A stretch of DNA of 64,000 bases from Candidatus Falkowbacteria bacterium HGW-Falkowbacteria-1 (GTDB lineage: Bacteria > Patescibacteriota > Patescibacteriia > Patescibacteriales > UBA12465): positions 10,707 to 74,706 of the forward strand of contig PHAI01000002.1 of NCBI GenBank assembly GCA_002840305.1, in the 5' to 3' direction. The translations under genes were made by a program, and so were the position numbers. Below, in pieces: positions 9,397 to 19,267 of this stretch. Under the pieces are notes generated by a model. That model searched no databases. It saw nothing but the letters and a program-made list of their open reading frames with translations, and was not told the origin of the DNA. Every line of letters begins with the position of its first letter. Position 1 is the first letter of the stretch.

Positions 9397-10668
9397 ATGT
9401 TTGATAAAATAGTTAAAATTTGGAAAATTAGAGATTTAAGAAACAACATTCTTTTTGTTTTACTAATGTTGGCTATTTTTAGGCTTTTTGCTCACATTCC
9501 GGTTCCAGGTGTAAATTTGGCAGCGCTTAGAGACATTTTTTCATCAAATCAATTTTTAGGTCTTTTGAATGTTTTTTCCGGAGGTAGTATGGATAATTTT
9601 TCGATAGTTATGATGGGTATAGCTCCTTATATTACTTCTTCTATTATTTTCCAACTGTTAGGGATGATCGTGCCCAAGTTAGAGGAAATGCAAAAGGAAG
9701 AATCTGGAAGGCAAACTATAAATACATGGACCAGATTAGCAACCGTCCCATTGGCCTTTATTCAGGCCTATGGAATGATTACTTTGTTGAGAAGCTCTGG
9801 TGTTGGTGTTATGGATAACGTTGGTTTTCTTGATTTATTTATCATAATAATTACAGTTACGGCTGGAACGGTGTTTTTAATGTGGATTGGAGAGTTAATA
9901 TCGGAGAAAAAAATTGGAAACGGAATATCATTACTTATATTTGCTGGTATTATTGCTAGTCTTCCAACGGCCGTTCAAAGGGTTGTTTTTAGTTTTGATC
10001 AGTCACAATTATTTGTATTACTAGGATTCGTGTTTATAGCCTTGGTTACTGTGGTCGGTATCGTTATTATTAACGAAGGACAAAGAAATATTCCCGTTCA
10101 ATACGCCAGACAGATAAGGGGAAGTAGGGCTTTTGGAGGCACTAGCACTCACTTACCGCTTAGAGTAAATACCGCCGGTGTTATACCTATTATCTTTGCT
10201 ATTTCCGTTATTGTTTTCCCTTCAATGATTGCCCAATTTTTCGTCTCGTCTAAATTTGCCATATTGGCAAATATCTCTAGATGGACGATAAGCTTTTTGG
10301 AAAACCAATTTTTTTATGGCTTAGTTTATTTCTTATTAGTTGTTGGCTTTACATATTTTTATACAGAAATAGTGTTTAAGCCAGATCAAATTGCTGAAGA
10401 TTTACAAAAACAAGGTGGTTTTATTCCTGGTATAAGGCCAGGCAGGCATACAGGCGAATATCTACAGGGTATTAGCAGAAGAATTCTTTTAACCGGTTCA
10501 TTGTTTCTTGGTTTGATTGCTATTTTGCCATTAGTGATGAAATATTTTACTGGAATGCAATCATTGGCTATTGGCGGTACAAGCATGTTAATTGTGGTTT
10601 CGGTTGTTATTGAAACGGTGAAGCAGATAGAGGCCCAAATTAGCATGAGGGATTATGATGGCGTGTAA
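9397..10668 (+). CDS. secY: Preprotein translocase subunit SecY
   Basis: 423 aa and multi-TM; LRNNILFVL..IFRL..HIPVPGV, GISLLIFAGI and GGFIPGIRPG motifs; operon position fits. Confidence 0.95.
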   Translation: MFDKIVKIWKIRDLRNNILFVLLMLAIFRLFAHIPVPGVNLAALRDIFSSNQFLGLLNVFSGGSMDNFSIVMMGIAPYITSSIIFQLLGMIVPKLEEMQKEESGRQTINTWTRLATVPLAFIQAYGMITLLRSSGVGVMDNVGFLDLFIIIITVTAGTVFLMWIGELISEKKIGNGISLLIFAGIIASLPTAVQRVVFSFDQSQLFVLLGFVFIALVTVVGIVIINEGQRNIPVQYARQIRGSRAFGGTSTHLPLRVNTAGVIPIIFAISVIVFPSMIAQFFVSSKFAILANISRWTISFLENQFFYGLVYFLLVVGFTYFYTEIVFKPDQIAEDLQKQGGFIPGIRPGRHTGEYLQGISRRILLTGSLFLGLIAILPLVMKYFTGMQSLAIGGTSMLIVVSVVIETVKQIEAQISMRDYDGV

Positions 10669-10692
10669 ATTATAGTTTTAATTATATCTTTA

Positions 10693-10720
10693 AAAACAAG
10701 GATTTTACCTTGTTTTTTTG
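10693..10720 (+). terminator. Rho-independent terminator after secY
   Basis: Stem ACAAGG/CCTTGT with loop ATTTTA, followed by a T-run. Confidence 0.6.
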
Positions 10721-10738
10721 TTCTTTTTTTGTTATAAT
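10710..10738 (+). promoter_or_regulatory. Putative sigma70-type promoter (TTGTTT-17-TGtTATAAT)
   Basis: Extended -10 TGTTATAAT at 10730-10738. The same TGTTATAAT box recurs upstream of 23639, uvrB and 61278. Confidence 0.4.
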
Positions 10739-10806
10739 TTATTTATATAGAACAATATAAAAAAATTTGAGTAGTTAAGATTTTTAGAAAGATTAGTTAA
10801 AATTTT

Positions 10807-11094
10807 ATGTTATCAAAAAAATTACCCACAGGAGGGAGCTCTTTCAAAATATCCGGAACAGGAGGCTTTGAAAGAAAGTTTTTTAATTTGGTTAATTATG
10901 GTCAGTTCTCAAGTCTGAAAAATAACAGAGAAATAGCCATAAAAATTTTTAAAGGTCTAGTCCCAACTATAAAAAGAGATGGTAAAATTCCGTTATCAAC
11001 TAGGATCAGGGCTGTTAGTGAGTTTGATAAATACCCAAATACTACTCGCCAGGACGTCCTTAATTTTAAGAAAATATTAGAATTTTATAAATAA
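10807..11094 (+). CDS. Hypothetical protein (95 aa)
   Basis: ORF only; no family recognised. It is inserted between secY and map. Confidence 0.4.
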   Translation: MLSKKLPTGGSSFKISGTGGFERKFFNLVNYGQFSSLKNNREIAIKIFKGLVPTIKRDGKIPLSTRIRAVSEFDKYPNTTRQDVLNFKKILEFYK

Positions 11095-11099
11095 AGAGT

Positions 11100-12062
11100 A
11101 TGGTATTGGATATTATTTTCTTGCTTGTCGGTTTTGTTTTGTTGATTAAGGGAGCTGATATTTTAATTGATGGTTCATCTTCAATTGCCAAAAAGTTTGG
11201 TTTGTCAAATCTGATGATCGGTTTAACCATTATTGCTTTCGGAACTTCAGCACCAGAGCTTGTGGTTAATATAATGGCCTCAATTAATGGCAATTCTGAT
11301 ATTGGAATGGGTAATGTTGTTGGTTCAAATATAGTAAATATTTTACTTATTTTGGGCTTAGCGGCTATCTTCTCTAATTTAAAGGTTGATAGTTCGATTA
11401 TTAAAAAAGAAATTCCTTTTTCAATTTTGTCAGCTATTGTTTTATTTGTTCTTGTTAATAGTGTTTTTATAAATGGTGTTGGTGAAAACGGCTTGTTCAG
11501 ATCGGGGGGGCTAATATTGATTTCTTTTTTTGTTATTTTTCTTTTTTATATTTTTAGTATTCCCAAAGAAAGGAGAGATAACCGTGAGGCAGAAAAAATT
11601 AAAGAGGTTAAAAATTGGAAGTCTATTTTAATGATTTTTGGTGGAATATTGGCATTGTTTTTTGGTGGCAGATTTATTGTTGATAGTGCCGTTAATATTT
11701 CTCGATTCTTTGGCTTGAGCGATGCTTTGATTGGCTTGACGATTGTCGCTATTGGCACATCTCTCCCAGAATTAGCGGCATCCATTGCAGCTGCTTTAAA
11801 AAATCAGGCTGGAATGGTGATTGGCAATGTTATCGGCTCTAATATTTTCAATATTTTATGGGTTTTAGGGCTTAGCTCGGTTATCAGTCCGATAGCTTAT
11901 AACCCCGTTATGAATTTTGATATCTTTTTCTTAATTTATATAAGTATTTTATTGGTGCCCTTAATCTTTATAGGTAAAAAAGGACATTTCACTAGAGCGG
12001 AGGGGGCGATTTTGGTTTTTTTATATTTTGCTTATTTAACTTTTGTTATTATTCGTGGTTAA
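11100..12062 (+). CDS. Ca2+/cation antiporter family (CaCA, YrbG-like) membrane protein
   Basis: Two alpha-repeats (GTSAPELVV...GNVVGSNIVNILLILG and GTSLPELAAS...GNVIGSNIFNILWVLG); about 10 TM segments. Confidence 0.85.
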   Translation: MVLDIIFLLVGFVLLIKGADILIDGSSSIAKKFGLSNLMIGLTIIAFGTSAPELVVNIMASINGNSDIGMGNVVGSNIVNILLILGLAAIFSNLKVDSSIIKKEIPFSILSAIVLFVLVNSVFINGVGENGLFRSGGLILISFFVIFLFYIFSIPKERRDNREAEKIKEVKNWKSILMIFGGILALFFGGRFIVDSAVNISRFFGLSDALIGLTIVAIGTSLPELAASIAAALKNQAGMVIGNVIGSNIFNILWVLGLSSVISPIAYNPVMNFDIFFLIYISILLVPLIFIGKKGHFTRAEGAILVFLYFAYLTFVIIRG

Positions 12063-12074
12063 TAAAATTAAAAA

Positions 12075-12911
12075 ATGATTGAATTAAAAACTTTAGAAGA
12101 AATAAAAATATTAAGACAGGGTGGAAAAATATTAGCTGGTGTTTTGGATGAGTTGGTTAAATTATCTAAGCCTGGGGCAAATACTGAAGATTTGGAGAAT
12201 TTGGCCTTGAAATTGATTTCTGTTGCTGGCGGAAGACCGTCTTTTAAGGATTATTCTATGGGTGGAAATATTTTTTTTCCATCTGCTTTGTGCGTGTCTA
12301 TAAACAAAGAAGTTGTTCATGGGGCTTCTTTGCCTAATAGAATTTTAAAATCGGGAGATATAGTTGGGCTAGACATAGGAATGGAATGGCCCATTCAGAG
12401 TAAGGAAGAGGCTGAAAAAAATAATATACCATTTAATCATCGATCTGAGGGTGGCGGTTTTTATACTGATATGTGTAGGACTGTGGCTATTGGTAAAATA
12501 TCAAAAGAAGCTAGAAGGCTTATTAATGTTTCCAGGGAAGCTTTAATGCTTGGCATATCCCAAGCTAAGGCTGGCAATACTATAAATGATATTGGAAGAG
12601 CTGTTGAAACTTTTGTTCAAAAAAATGGTTTTAGCGTTGTTAGGGATTTGGTTGGGCATGGTGTTGGCTATATGGCTCATGAAGCTCCAAATGTTTTTAA
12701 TTATGTTATAAACGAAAAAGATAGCGAAAATATAGAGCTAAAGTCTGGTATGGTTATAGCTATTGAACCGATGATTAATGTTGGTAGGTTTAATGTAAAA
12801 GTTGCTAACAATAACTATACTTTTATAAGCTCGGACGGATCCCTAAGCTCTCATTATGAACATTCTATCGCTATAACAGATAGTGGTAATATTATTTTAA
12901 CCGAAAACTAA
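12075..12911 (+). CDS. map: Methionine aminopeptidase, type I
   Basis: Pita-bread motifs: VVHG, GDIVGLDIG, GHGVG...HE.P, IEPMI and EH.I.IT. Confidence 0.95.
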   Translation: MIELKTLEEIKILRQGGKILAGVLDELVKLSKPGANTEDLENLALKLISVAGGRPSFKDYSMGGNIFFPSALCVSINKEVVHGASLPNRILKSGDIVGLDIGMEWPIQSKEEAEKNNIPFNHRSEGGGFYTDMCRTVAIGKISKEARRLINVSREALMLGISQAKAGNTINDIGRAVETFVQKNGFSVVRDLVGHGVGYMAHEAPNVFNYVINEKDSENIELKSGMVIAIEPMINVGRFNVKVANNNYTFISSDGSLSSHYEHSIAITDSGNIILTEN

Positions 12912-12912
12912 T

Positions 12913-13326
12913 ATGAAAAATTATTTGGGGATTGATTGGGGCGAGAAAAGAATTGGTTTGTCTTTGGCGGATAGTGAAAACAATACTGCGACTCCCTTTA
13001 AAACCGTAAATAATTTGAGCGAGTTAGTTGAGACAATAAAAAGCGAGAATTTAAATTGTTTGGTCATAGGACAGCCTAAGAGCCTGGAAGAGGGAGAGGT
13101 TAGAAATCGAAAATTTACTAAGTTTATTAATATTTTAGAAGAAAGGATTAAAGGGCTTAATTTGGATGTTTTCTTTGTTGACGAGAGGTTTACCAGTCTG
13201 GAGGCTGATTCTATCATGAATAAAAAATTAAACAATAATCGTGATTCTTTGTCTGCCATGATTATTCTTCAAGCTTATTTAGATAAATTGCAATATGATA
13301 AGAACAAGGGCCATAGTTTTAAATAG
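12913..13326 (+). CDS. ruvX: Holliday-junction-resolvase-like nuclease YqgF/RuvX
   Basis: The N-terminal LGIDWGEKRIGLSLAD and the DERFTS motif match YqgF. Confidence 0.85.
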   Translation: MKNYLGIDWGEKRIGLSLADSENNTATPFKTVNNLSELVETIKSENLNCLVIGQPKSLEEGEVRNRKFTKFINILEERIKGLNLDVFFVDERFTSLEADSIMNKKLNNNRDSLSAMIILQAYLDKLQYDKNKGHSFK

Positions 13327-14026
13327 AGTTGATTTTAGAGAAAGTGATAGCTTGGTTTCTTTTTATACTCTGGACTTTGGCAAAATAACGCTTGTCGCCA
13401 GAGGCACAAAAAAACAGGCTTCAAAATTAGTGGCTCATTTAGAGCCTTTTAATTTTGTTGACTTAATGATGATTAAAAATAAAAATGGAAATTCGGTTGG
13501 TAGCGTTATTAGTAAAAACTCTTTTTTAAACATAAAAAGCGACCTTAACTCTATTTATATAAGTGGCAAATTATTTCATTTTTTTAATAATTTGAGCAGG
13601 GAGGGGCAACAAGATTTTGATTTATTTTTTTTCTTAAATGATTTTTTAAAAAGTATTAACGGTAATGGACATAAGATTGAAAAGTTTGGTGGTGATCATT
13701 TGGATTTTTTAGTAGATGTTTTTAAGTTCAAACTTTTATCGATACTTGGTTATTCTTTTCATATTAATTCTTGTGTTGAATGCGGCAAGGATAAACATTT
13801 AGATTTCTTGAACTTTCTTAAGGGGGGAGTTATTTGTCAGGCTTGTTATGATAAAGATCTTTTGACAAATGGATTCAAAAAAAATGACTATATTGGATTG
13901 AGCAAAGAACTTTTAAGTGCCAAAAAAGCCCTTGTTTCGTCTGATTTTGATAGTATTTTAGATATCCAACTAGATAAAAGTTTGCATAATTTAATCAAAA
14001 AGAAGATATTGTTTCTTAATATTTAG
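13295..14026 (+). CDS. recO: DNA repair protein RecO
   Basis: RAIVLNRVDFRESDSLVSFYTLDFGKITLVARG is the OB-fold N-terminus; zinc motif CVECG...CQAC. It overlaps ruvX by 32 nt. Confidence 0.85.
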   Translation: MIRTRAIVLNRVDFRESDSLVSFYTLDFGKITLVARGTKKQASKLVAHLEPFNFVDLMMIKNKNGNSVGSVISKNSFLNIKSDLNSIYISGKLFHFFNNLSREGQQDFDLFFFLNDFLKSINGNGHKIEKFGGDHLDFLVDVFKFKLLSILGYSFHINSCVECGKDKHLDFLNFLKGGVICQACYDKDLLTNGFKKNDYIGLSKELLSAKKALVSSDFDSILDIQLDKSLHNLIKKKILFLNI

Positions 14027-14045
14027 TCTTTAAATGGCAAGTCTA

Positions 14046-14074
14046 TTGATAAAACTGTCAAAATAGATTAAAAT
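14046..14074 (+). promoter_or_regulatory. Putative promoter TTGATA-17-TAAAAT upstream of scpA
   Basis: Hexamers at 14046-14051 and 14069-14074 with a 17-nt spacer. Confidence 0.4.
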
Positions 14075-14149
14075 ATAAATATAAGGGATTTTCCTTGTAA
14101 ATGCCTTATTTTTTCTTTGTTTTCGAGTGTTTTTACCTATATATTACAT

Positions 14150-14881
14150 ATGATTGATATAAAATTAGACAAGTTTCAGGGCCCATTATCATTGCTTTTG
14201 AGAATAATAGAAAAGGAGGAACTGGATATAACCTCTATTAATCTGGCTAAAATAGCTAATGAGTATTTGGATTATATAAAAAATTCTGAGAATATTTTGC
14301 CAGAAAGAATGGCTGATTTTTTGTTAATGGCTAGTAAGCTTTTGTATATAAAATCAAAGGCGCTTCTGCCTTATCTATTTAACGAAGAAGATGAAGGGGA
14401 GATAGAAGACCTAGAAAAACAGTTAAAAATGTATAAAGAGTTTGTTGACTTAAGTCATAAGATACAAAAGATAATTGGTAAAAAAAGGTTTTCATTCTCC
14501 AGAATTTTGAATAAAAACAATCGACGGTTTTCTTTTTTGGGTGATTATTTTTTTCCACCTAAGAATATCAAGCAAGACGATCTTAAAAATTCCTTTTTAA
14601 AAATTTTAGATAGAATAGAAAAAGAGGATGAAAAGCTGGAGGAGGAAACAATAAAGGCGGAAGTTAGCATCGAGGAGAGAATTTCTTTTATAAAAAATTT
14701 AATAAATCAAAAGATAAAAATTAATTTTACTAGAATTTTGAAGGAAGCAAAATCTAAAACGGAAATTATAGTCAATTTTTTAGCAGTGTTGGAATTGTCT
14801 AAGCAGAGGCAGTTAATTTTTCAACAATCAGAATTATTTAGCGACATTTATTTAGAGAGTGATCGGGAAGAGAATTTATAA
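14150..14881 (+). CDS. scpA: Segregation and condensation protein A (kleisin)
   Basis: KLDKFQGPLSLLLRIIEKEELDITSINLAKIANEYL is typical of ScpA. I prefer the ATG at 14150 over the track's TTG at 14117. Confidence 0.85.
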   Translation: MIDIKLDKFQGPLSLLLRIIEKEELDITSINLAKIANEYLDYIKNSENILPERMADFLLMASKLLYIKSKALLPYLFNEEDEGEIEDLEKQLKMYKEFVDLSHKIQKIIGKKRFSFSRILNKNNRRFSFLGDYFFPPKNIKQDDLKNSFLKILDRIEKEDEKLEEETIKAEVSIEERISFIKNLINQKIKINFTRILKEAKSKTEIIVNFLAVLELSKQRQLIFQQSELFSDIYLESDREENL

Positions 14882-14914
14882 AAATAATTTAGTCAAACAT
14901 TTAATATTAAGTTT

Positions 14915-15505
14915 ATGAATATTAAAAGATCAATAGAGTCACTGCTTTTTGTTTCTCCCAAGCCTTTATCTTTGAAAGAGCTATCGGATGTGCTGGGCGT
15001 AGAGATTGTTGATTTAGAACCAGAGATTAAAGACCTTATGGACGATTATAGCAAGAATGACAGAGGGATATTAATTATTGAAAATTCCAAGAAATACCAA
15101 ATGTCGAGTTCGCCGGAGAGTGCTGAGATTGTTCAAAAATTTATGCAAAGTGAAGTAAGCGGAGAGCTTACTCCTGCCAGCTTAGAAACCTTGACTATTA
15201 TCGCTTATCGAGGGCCTGTTAAAAAAAGAAATATAGAGAAAATAAGGGGGATAAATTGTAGTTTAATACTAAAAAATCTTTTAATTAGAGGATTAATTGA
15301 AGAGAAGTCGGCAGATGAACCAGAAGATAATGAATATTCAGTAAGTTTGGATTTTATTAGATTTTTGGGTGTGTCAAAGTTAGACGAATTGCCAGATTAT
15401 GAGAAATTCAATAAAAGCGAAGATATCGAAAGAATATTAAATGAAAATAAAGTTAGCCTTAATTTAAACGAAGAAGCAGTTGATTCTGATATTGAAAAAA
15501 TATGA
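14915..15505 (+). CDS. scpB: Segregation and condensation protein B
   Basis: IESLLFVSPKPLSLKEL...LSPASLETLTIIAYRGPV..R.IE.IRG matches ScpB; it follows scpA. Confidence 0.85.
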   Translation: MNIKRSIESLLFVSPKPLSLKELSDVLGVEIVDLEPEIKDLMDDYSKNDRGILIIENSKKYQMSSSPESAEIVQKFMQSEVSGELTPASLETLTIIAYRGPVKKRNIEKIRGINCSLILKNLLIRGLIEEKSADEPEDNEYSVSLDFIRFLGVSKLDELPDYEKFNKSEDIERILNENKVSLNLNEEAVDSDIEKI

Positions 15506-16401
15506 TTAGTTCATTGTTTTTTTACATAATAAGCAGTCTGTTGTTTTCCAATATTTCTTGGCCAGTTTTAAATTTGGAAAATCATGGGCAAGTAATTAAA
15601 AGATGGGAAACGGAGTCTTTTGGTCAGAGGTTAAAAGAGATGGAAACTTTAGATCTTTCAGCTCATAGTGTCGCTGTTTTAGATTTGGATTCGGATTTTT
15701 TTGTTTTTGAGAAAAATTCCGACGAATCTTTGCCAATAGCCAGCATTAGCAAGCTTATGTCGGCCTTGGTTTTTATGGACCTAGATATTGACTTCGATGC
15801 TTATTATAAAATTAAGCAAGACGATCGTCGCTTAGGAGGTAGAGATTATCTATTTTTAGGTGAGGAAGTAAAGAATATTGATTTACTAGCTTTAGCACTT
15901 ATTGCTTCTGACAATACGGCGGTTATCGCCCTGATTAGTTCTTCTGGAATAAGCGAGGAGGAATTTGTCTCTAGAATGAACGAGAAGGCAAAAGAAATGA
16001 AATTGTATAAGACTTACTTTGAAGATCCTACTGGACTTAGCTACAAAAACGTTTCTAGCGCTAAAGAGGTAGCCCTAATTGCAAGAGAAGCTTTGAGCAG
16101 GAAAGAAATAGTTGATTTATCAAGACTTTATGAATATAGTTTTGAGACTAAAAATGGCAGGAAAAAGAATATTAATTCTACCAACGAACTCCTTCTAGGC
16201 CTGAAAGATACAGGTATTAAAGGAAATGTTATTGCTGGAAAAACTGGCTACAATGATTTAGCTGGCTATTGCTTGAGCCTTGATTTTTCTCTAGAAGGCG
16301 GACAAAAATTCATAAGTGTTGTGTTGAATTCGTCGAGTATTAAAAATAGATTTTTAGATACAGAAAAAATTGCAGAAAAAATTGACAGCATTTATAAATA
16401 A
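15502..16401 (+). CDS. D-alanyl-D-alanine carboxypeptidase (peptidase S11, PBP5/6-like)
   Basis: SxxK (ASISKLM), SxN (ASDN) and KTG (GKTGY) motifs in the correct order, with an N-terminal TM helix. Confidence 0.8.
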   Translation: MISSLFFYIISSLLFSNISWPVLNLENHGQVIKRWETESFGQRLKEMETLDLSAHSVAVLDLDSDFFVFEKNSDESLPIASISKLMSALVFMDLDIDFDAYYKIKQDDRRLGGRDYLFLGEEVKNIDLLALALIASDNTAVIALISSSGISEEEFVSRMNEKAKEMKLYKTYFEDPTGLSYKNVSSAKEVALIAREALSRKEIVDLSRLYEYSFETKNGRKKNINSTNELLLGLKDTGIKGNVIAGKTGYNDLAGYCLSLDFSLEGGQKFISVVLNSSSIKNRFLDTEKIAEKIDSIYK

Positions 16402-16409
16402 TTTTTATT

Positions 16410-16868
16410 ATGTATCAAAAACTAAAGTTTTTAGTATTTTCATATTTTCCCATTACCTTTAAGATTTTAAAATTAGGGAAAGTTTATGTAAAGTTTTTTG
16501 TTACCGGATTTTTTACCTTGATTTTAGATTTAATTTTTTTATTTTTGTTTTACGATATTTTTGATTGCGACATTTTAGTGTCGACAGCCATTGCCTTTAT
16601 TCTATCTTTTGTTTTTAATTTTTTCGTTCATAAATTTTGGACATTCAGAAATGATAATTTAAAATATATTTACAAACAAATTTTGTATTATATGTTTATT
16701 GCTCTTTTGAATTTAGGTATAAATATTAAGTTGATGCACATTTTTGTAAATAATATGGATTTCAATTATCTTTTATCTCAAATCGCAACTACAATTTTAA
16801 TTGGTATAGAAAGTTTCTTTGTTTATAACTTTGTTATTTTCAATAAAAATAAAGGGTGTAAAAATTAA
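16410..16868 (+). CDS. GtrA-family small membrane protein
   Basis: 152 aa with 4 predicted TM segments; KFFVTG... and HKFWTFRN motifs are typical of GtrA-like proteins. Confidence 0.65.
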   Translation: MYQKLKFLVFSYFPITFKILKLGKVYVKFFVTGFFTLILDLIFLFLFYDIFDCDILVSTAIAFILSFVFNFFVHKFWTFRNDNLKYIYKQILYYMFIALLNLGINIKLMHIFVNNMDFNYLLSQIATTILIGIESFFVYNFVIFNKNKGCKN

Positions 16869-16879
16869 TTTTTTTTAAA

Positions 16880-17383
16880 ATGAAATTTTTGGTCGTAGCA
16901 AGTAAATATGAAGATTTAAAAAATGTAACTCGTCATTTTGGTTATGCGGCTATTTTTGATAAAAGAAGCGGTCAGGAAAGCTTTGTTAGGCGATTGGGCG
17001 ATGGTTATTATCCTCGTTTTCATCTTTATTTAGAGGAAAAAGGGGCAAATGTAGCCTTCAGTTTACACTTAGATCAGAAAAAGGCTAGCTATCAGGATCA
17101 ACATATGCATAGCGCTGAGTACGATGGTGATTTAGTTGAAAATGAAATAAACGATTTAAAAACTTTTGTCGCAAATAACGGTTTTAATATAAATTTTAAT
17201 AATTCTATGGAAGCGAACAAAGAAGAGTTGCCAGATAGTTCAAAGCAAGCAGATGACCATGGTCATGAACCTGAGTTTAGGGCCGAAGATGTTTTGAATA
17301 ATCTTGAAGCCGGAGATTTAGATAGAGATTTAAATAATTTTCAAAAGAATAAAGTTAAAAAAAGTTTTTTTACTATTTTTTAA
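16880..17383 (+). CDS. Hypothetical protein (167 aa)
   Basis: ORF only. It sits immediately upstream of dnaG, where rpsU lies in many bacteria. Confidence 0.45.
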   Translation: MKFLVVASKYEDLKNVTRHFGYAAIFDKRSGQESFVRRLGDGYYPRFHLYLEEKGANVAFSLHLDQKKASYQDQHMHSAEYDGDLVENEINDLKTFVANNGFNINFNNSMEANKEELPDSSKQADDHGHEPEFRAEDVLNNLEAGDLDRDLNNFQKNKVKKSFFTIF

Positions 17384-17389
17384 ATTTTT

Positions 17390-19249
17390 ATGAATCATTC
17401 CGAAGAAATAAAAGCCAAATTAGATATTGTTGATGTTGTTTCTGGATATTTAAATTTAAAAGCCGCCGGATCAAACTTTAGGGCGACATGTCCTTTTCAT
17501 AACGAAAAAACTCCGTCTTTTATGGTTTCTCCAGAAAAACAAATTTGGCATTGTTTTGGCTGTGGCAAGGGGGGTGATATATTTTCTTTTGTAATGGAGA
17601 TGGAGGGTTTGGATTTTGTGGAGACTATAAAGTTGTTAGCTCCTAAGGCTGGAGTTATTTTGGATGATAAAGATTTTTCTCAAGATAAAAATAAAAATAG
17701 ATCGTTAGAGATTCTTGAACTTAGTCAGAAATACTATAATTTTATTTTAACTAATGAAAAAAATAAAAATGATAACATAATAAAGATTAGAGAATATTTG
17801 CTCGGTCGAGGTTTAGATTTGGAGGCTATAAATAGATGGGGTATAGGTTACAGCTTAAATAGCTTTGATGATTTGAGCAATTTTTTAAAAAGCAAAAAAT
17901 TTACTGAAAATGAAATATTTCTAAGTGGGATGTCAGTTAAAAACGAAAAGGGTAGACACTATAATCGTTTTAGAGATCGTATAATGTTTCCTATTAAGGA
18001 CGTTAGCGGAAGGACCTTGGCTTTTACTGCCAGAGTGAACCCCTTTGCCGAAAACAATGATAAATCAATGGGAAAATATATAAATAGCCCTCAAACTACA
18101 CTTTATGATAAAAGTCGTATTTTGTTTGCCTTGGATAAGGCTAAAATGGCTATTAAAGAAAAGGGTTTTGTAATTATAGTTGAAGGTCAAATGGATGCTA
18201 TAACGGCTCATGAGGCTGGTTTTAAGAACCTTGTAGCCTCTTCTGGCACCGCATTGACAATAGCGCAGCTCAATCTGATAAAGAGATATACAAACAACCT
18301 AGTATTGTCTTTTGATCAGGATTTAGCCGGTTTAGCAGCCACCGACAGAGGAGTGGCTGAAGCTTTAAAAATGGGCCTAAATTTAAAGATAATATCATTT
18401 GAGGGGATTGGTGCCAAGGACCCAGATGAGATTATTAGGCAGAATCCAGAGGCATTTAAACGGGCTGTGGATAACGCTAAAAATATCATAGATTATTATT
18501 TGACCGAAGAGTCAAAAAATGTTGATTTGTCAAAACCAGAGTTAAAAAACAAATCTGTTCACAAGATATTAACAGTGATAAATATGTTGTATAATAAAGT
18601 TGAACAGGATTTTTGGTTAAAAGAATTGAGCCAAAAGTATGATGTTAATGAGGACTCATTAAGAGAAGAAATACTAAAAATAGGCAAAAAGGACAATAAA
18701 ACGAACATTTCTGCAAGTACCAAGAATAAGGGAAAAAATTTTATACAGCAAGAGAAAGCAGATGCAAAGAGTAGGGACGACAAACTTTTTGAACTTTTGT
18801 TAGCTCTAATCTTTAGATTTCCACAGATTTTTGATTATGTTGTCAATAATTTAAATCTGGAGTATATATTGGAAAAATATCGAAAACTTTACGATTTGAT
18901 GCTTGTTTATTATAATGAAAATAATAAAAAACTTGATTATAATCAGTTTTTAGCATATATTAGTACTAAGGAAGATTATCAGGACGCAAGCTTTTCAATC
19001 TTTTTAAATAAGATAGGTCTTTTGGCTGATTTTTATCTACAGGAACAAGACGATAGTGATCTTGAAAATAAAATAAAAAAAGAGGTAACCGGTATAATTT
19101 TGGAAATTAAAAAGCTTTATTACAAGAATTTGGTAAGAAATAAAAAAGAAGAATTGATTTTATTAGAAAAGAGAAATGACAAGGACGAAATCTCCGGAGT
19201 GATGAATGATTTGAAAAGTTTAAGCGAAGAATTAAAAAAATTAGAATAA
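17390..19249 (+). CDS. dnaG: DNA primase
   Basis: Zinc finger CPFHNEKTPSFMVSPEKQIWHCFGCGKGGD and TOPRIM motifs EGQMDAI...DQDLAG. Confidence 0.95.
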   Translation: MNHSEEIKAKLDIVDVVSGYLNLKAAGSNFRATCPFHNEKTPSFMVSPEKQIWHCFGCGKGGDIFSFVMEMEGLDFVETIKLLAPKAGVILDDKDFSQDKNKNRSLEILELSQKYYNFILTNEKNKNDNIIKIREYLLGRGLDLEAINRWGIGYSLNSFDDLSNFLKSKKFTENEIFLSGMSVKNEKGRHYNRFRDRIMFPIKDVSGRTLAFTARVNPFAENNDKSMGKYINSPQTTLYDKSRILFALDKAKMAIKEKGFVIIVEGQMDAITAHEAGFKNLVASSGTALTIAQLNLIKRYTNNLVLSFDQDLAGLAATDRGVAEALKMGLNLKIISFEGIGAKDPDEIIRQNPEAFKRAVDNAKNIIDYYLTEESKNVDLSKPELKNKSVHKILTVINMLYNKVEQDFWLKELSQKYDVNEDSLREEILKIGKKDNKTNISASTKNKGKNFIQQEKADAKSRDDKLFELLLALIFRFPQIFDYVVNNLNLEYILEKYRKLYDLMLVYYNENNKKLDYNQFLAYISTKEDYQDASFSIFLNKIGLLADFYLQEQDDSDLENKIKKEVTGIILEIKKLYYKNLVRNKKEELILLEKRNDKDEISGVMNDLKSLSEELKKLE

Positions 19250-19267
19250 ATAAAATAATTAAAATAT

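Noticed and set aside
24-10646. Numerous minus-strand ORFs of 60-140 aa inside the ribosomal-protein/secY block (for example 24-371, 595-960, 8656-9078, 10386-10646)
   Set aside because: They lie antisense to confidently identified r-protein and secY genes, have low-complexity S/F/L-rich translations typical of shadow ORFs in AT-rich DNA, and lack their own signals.
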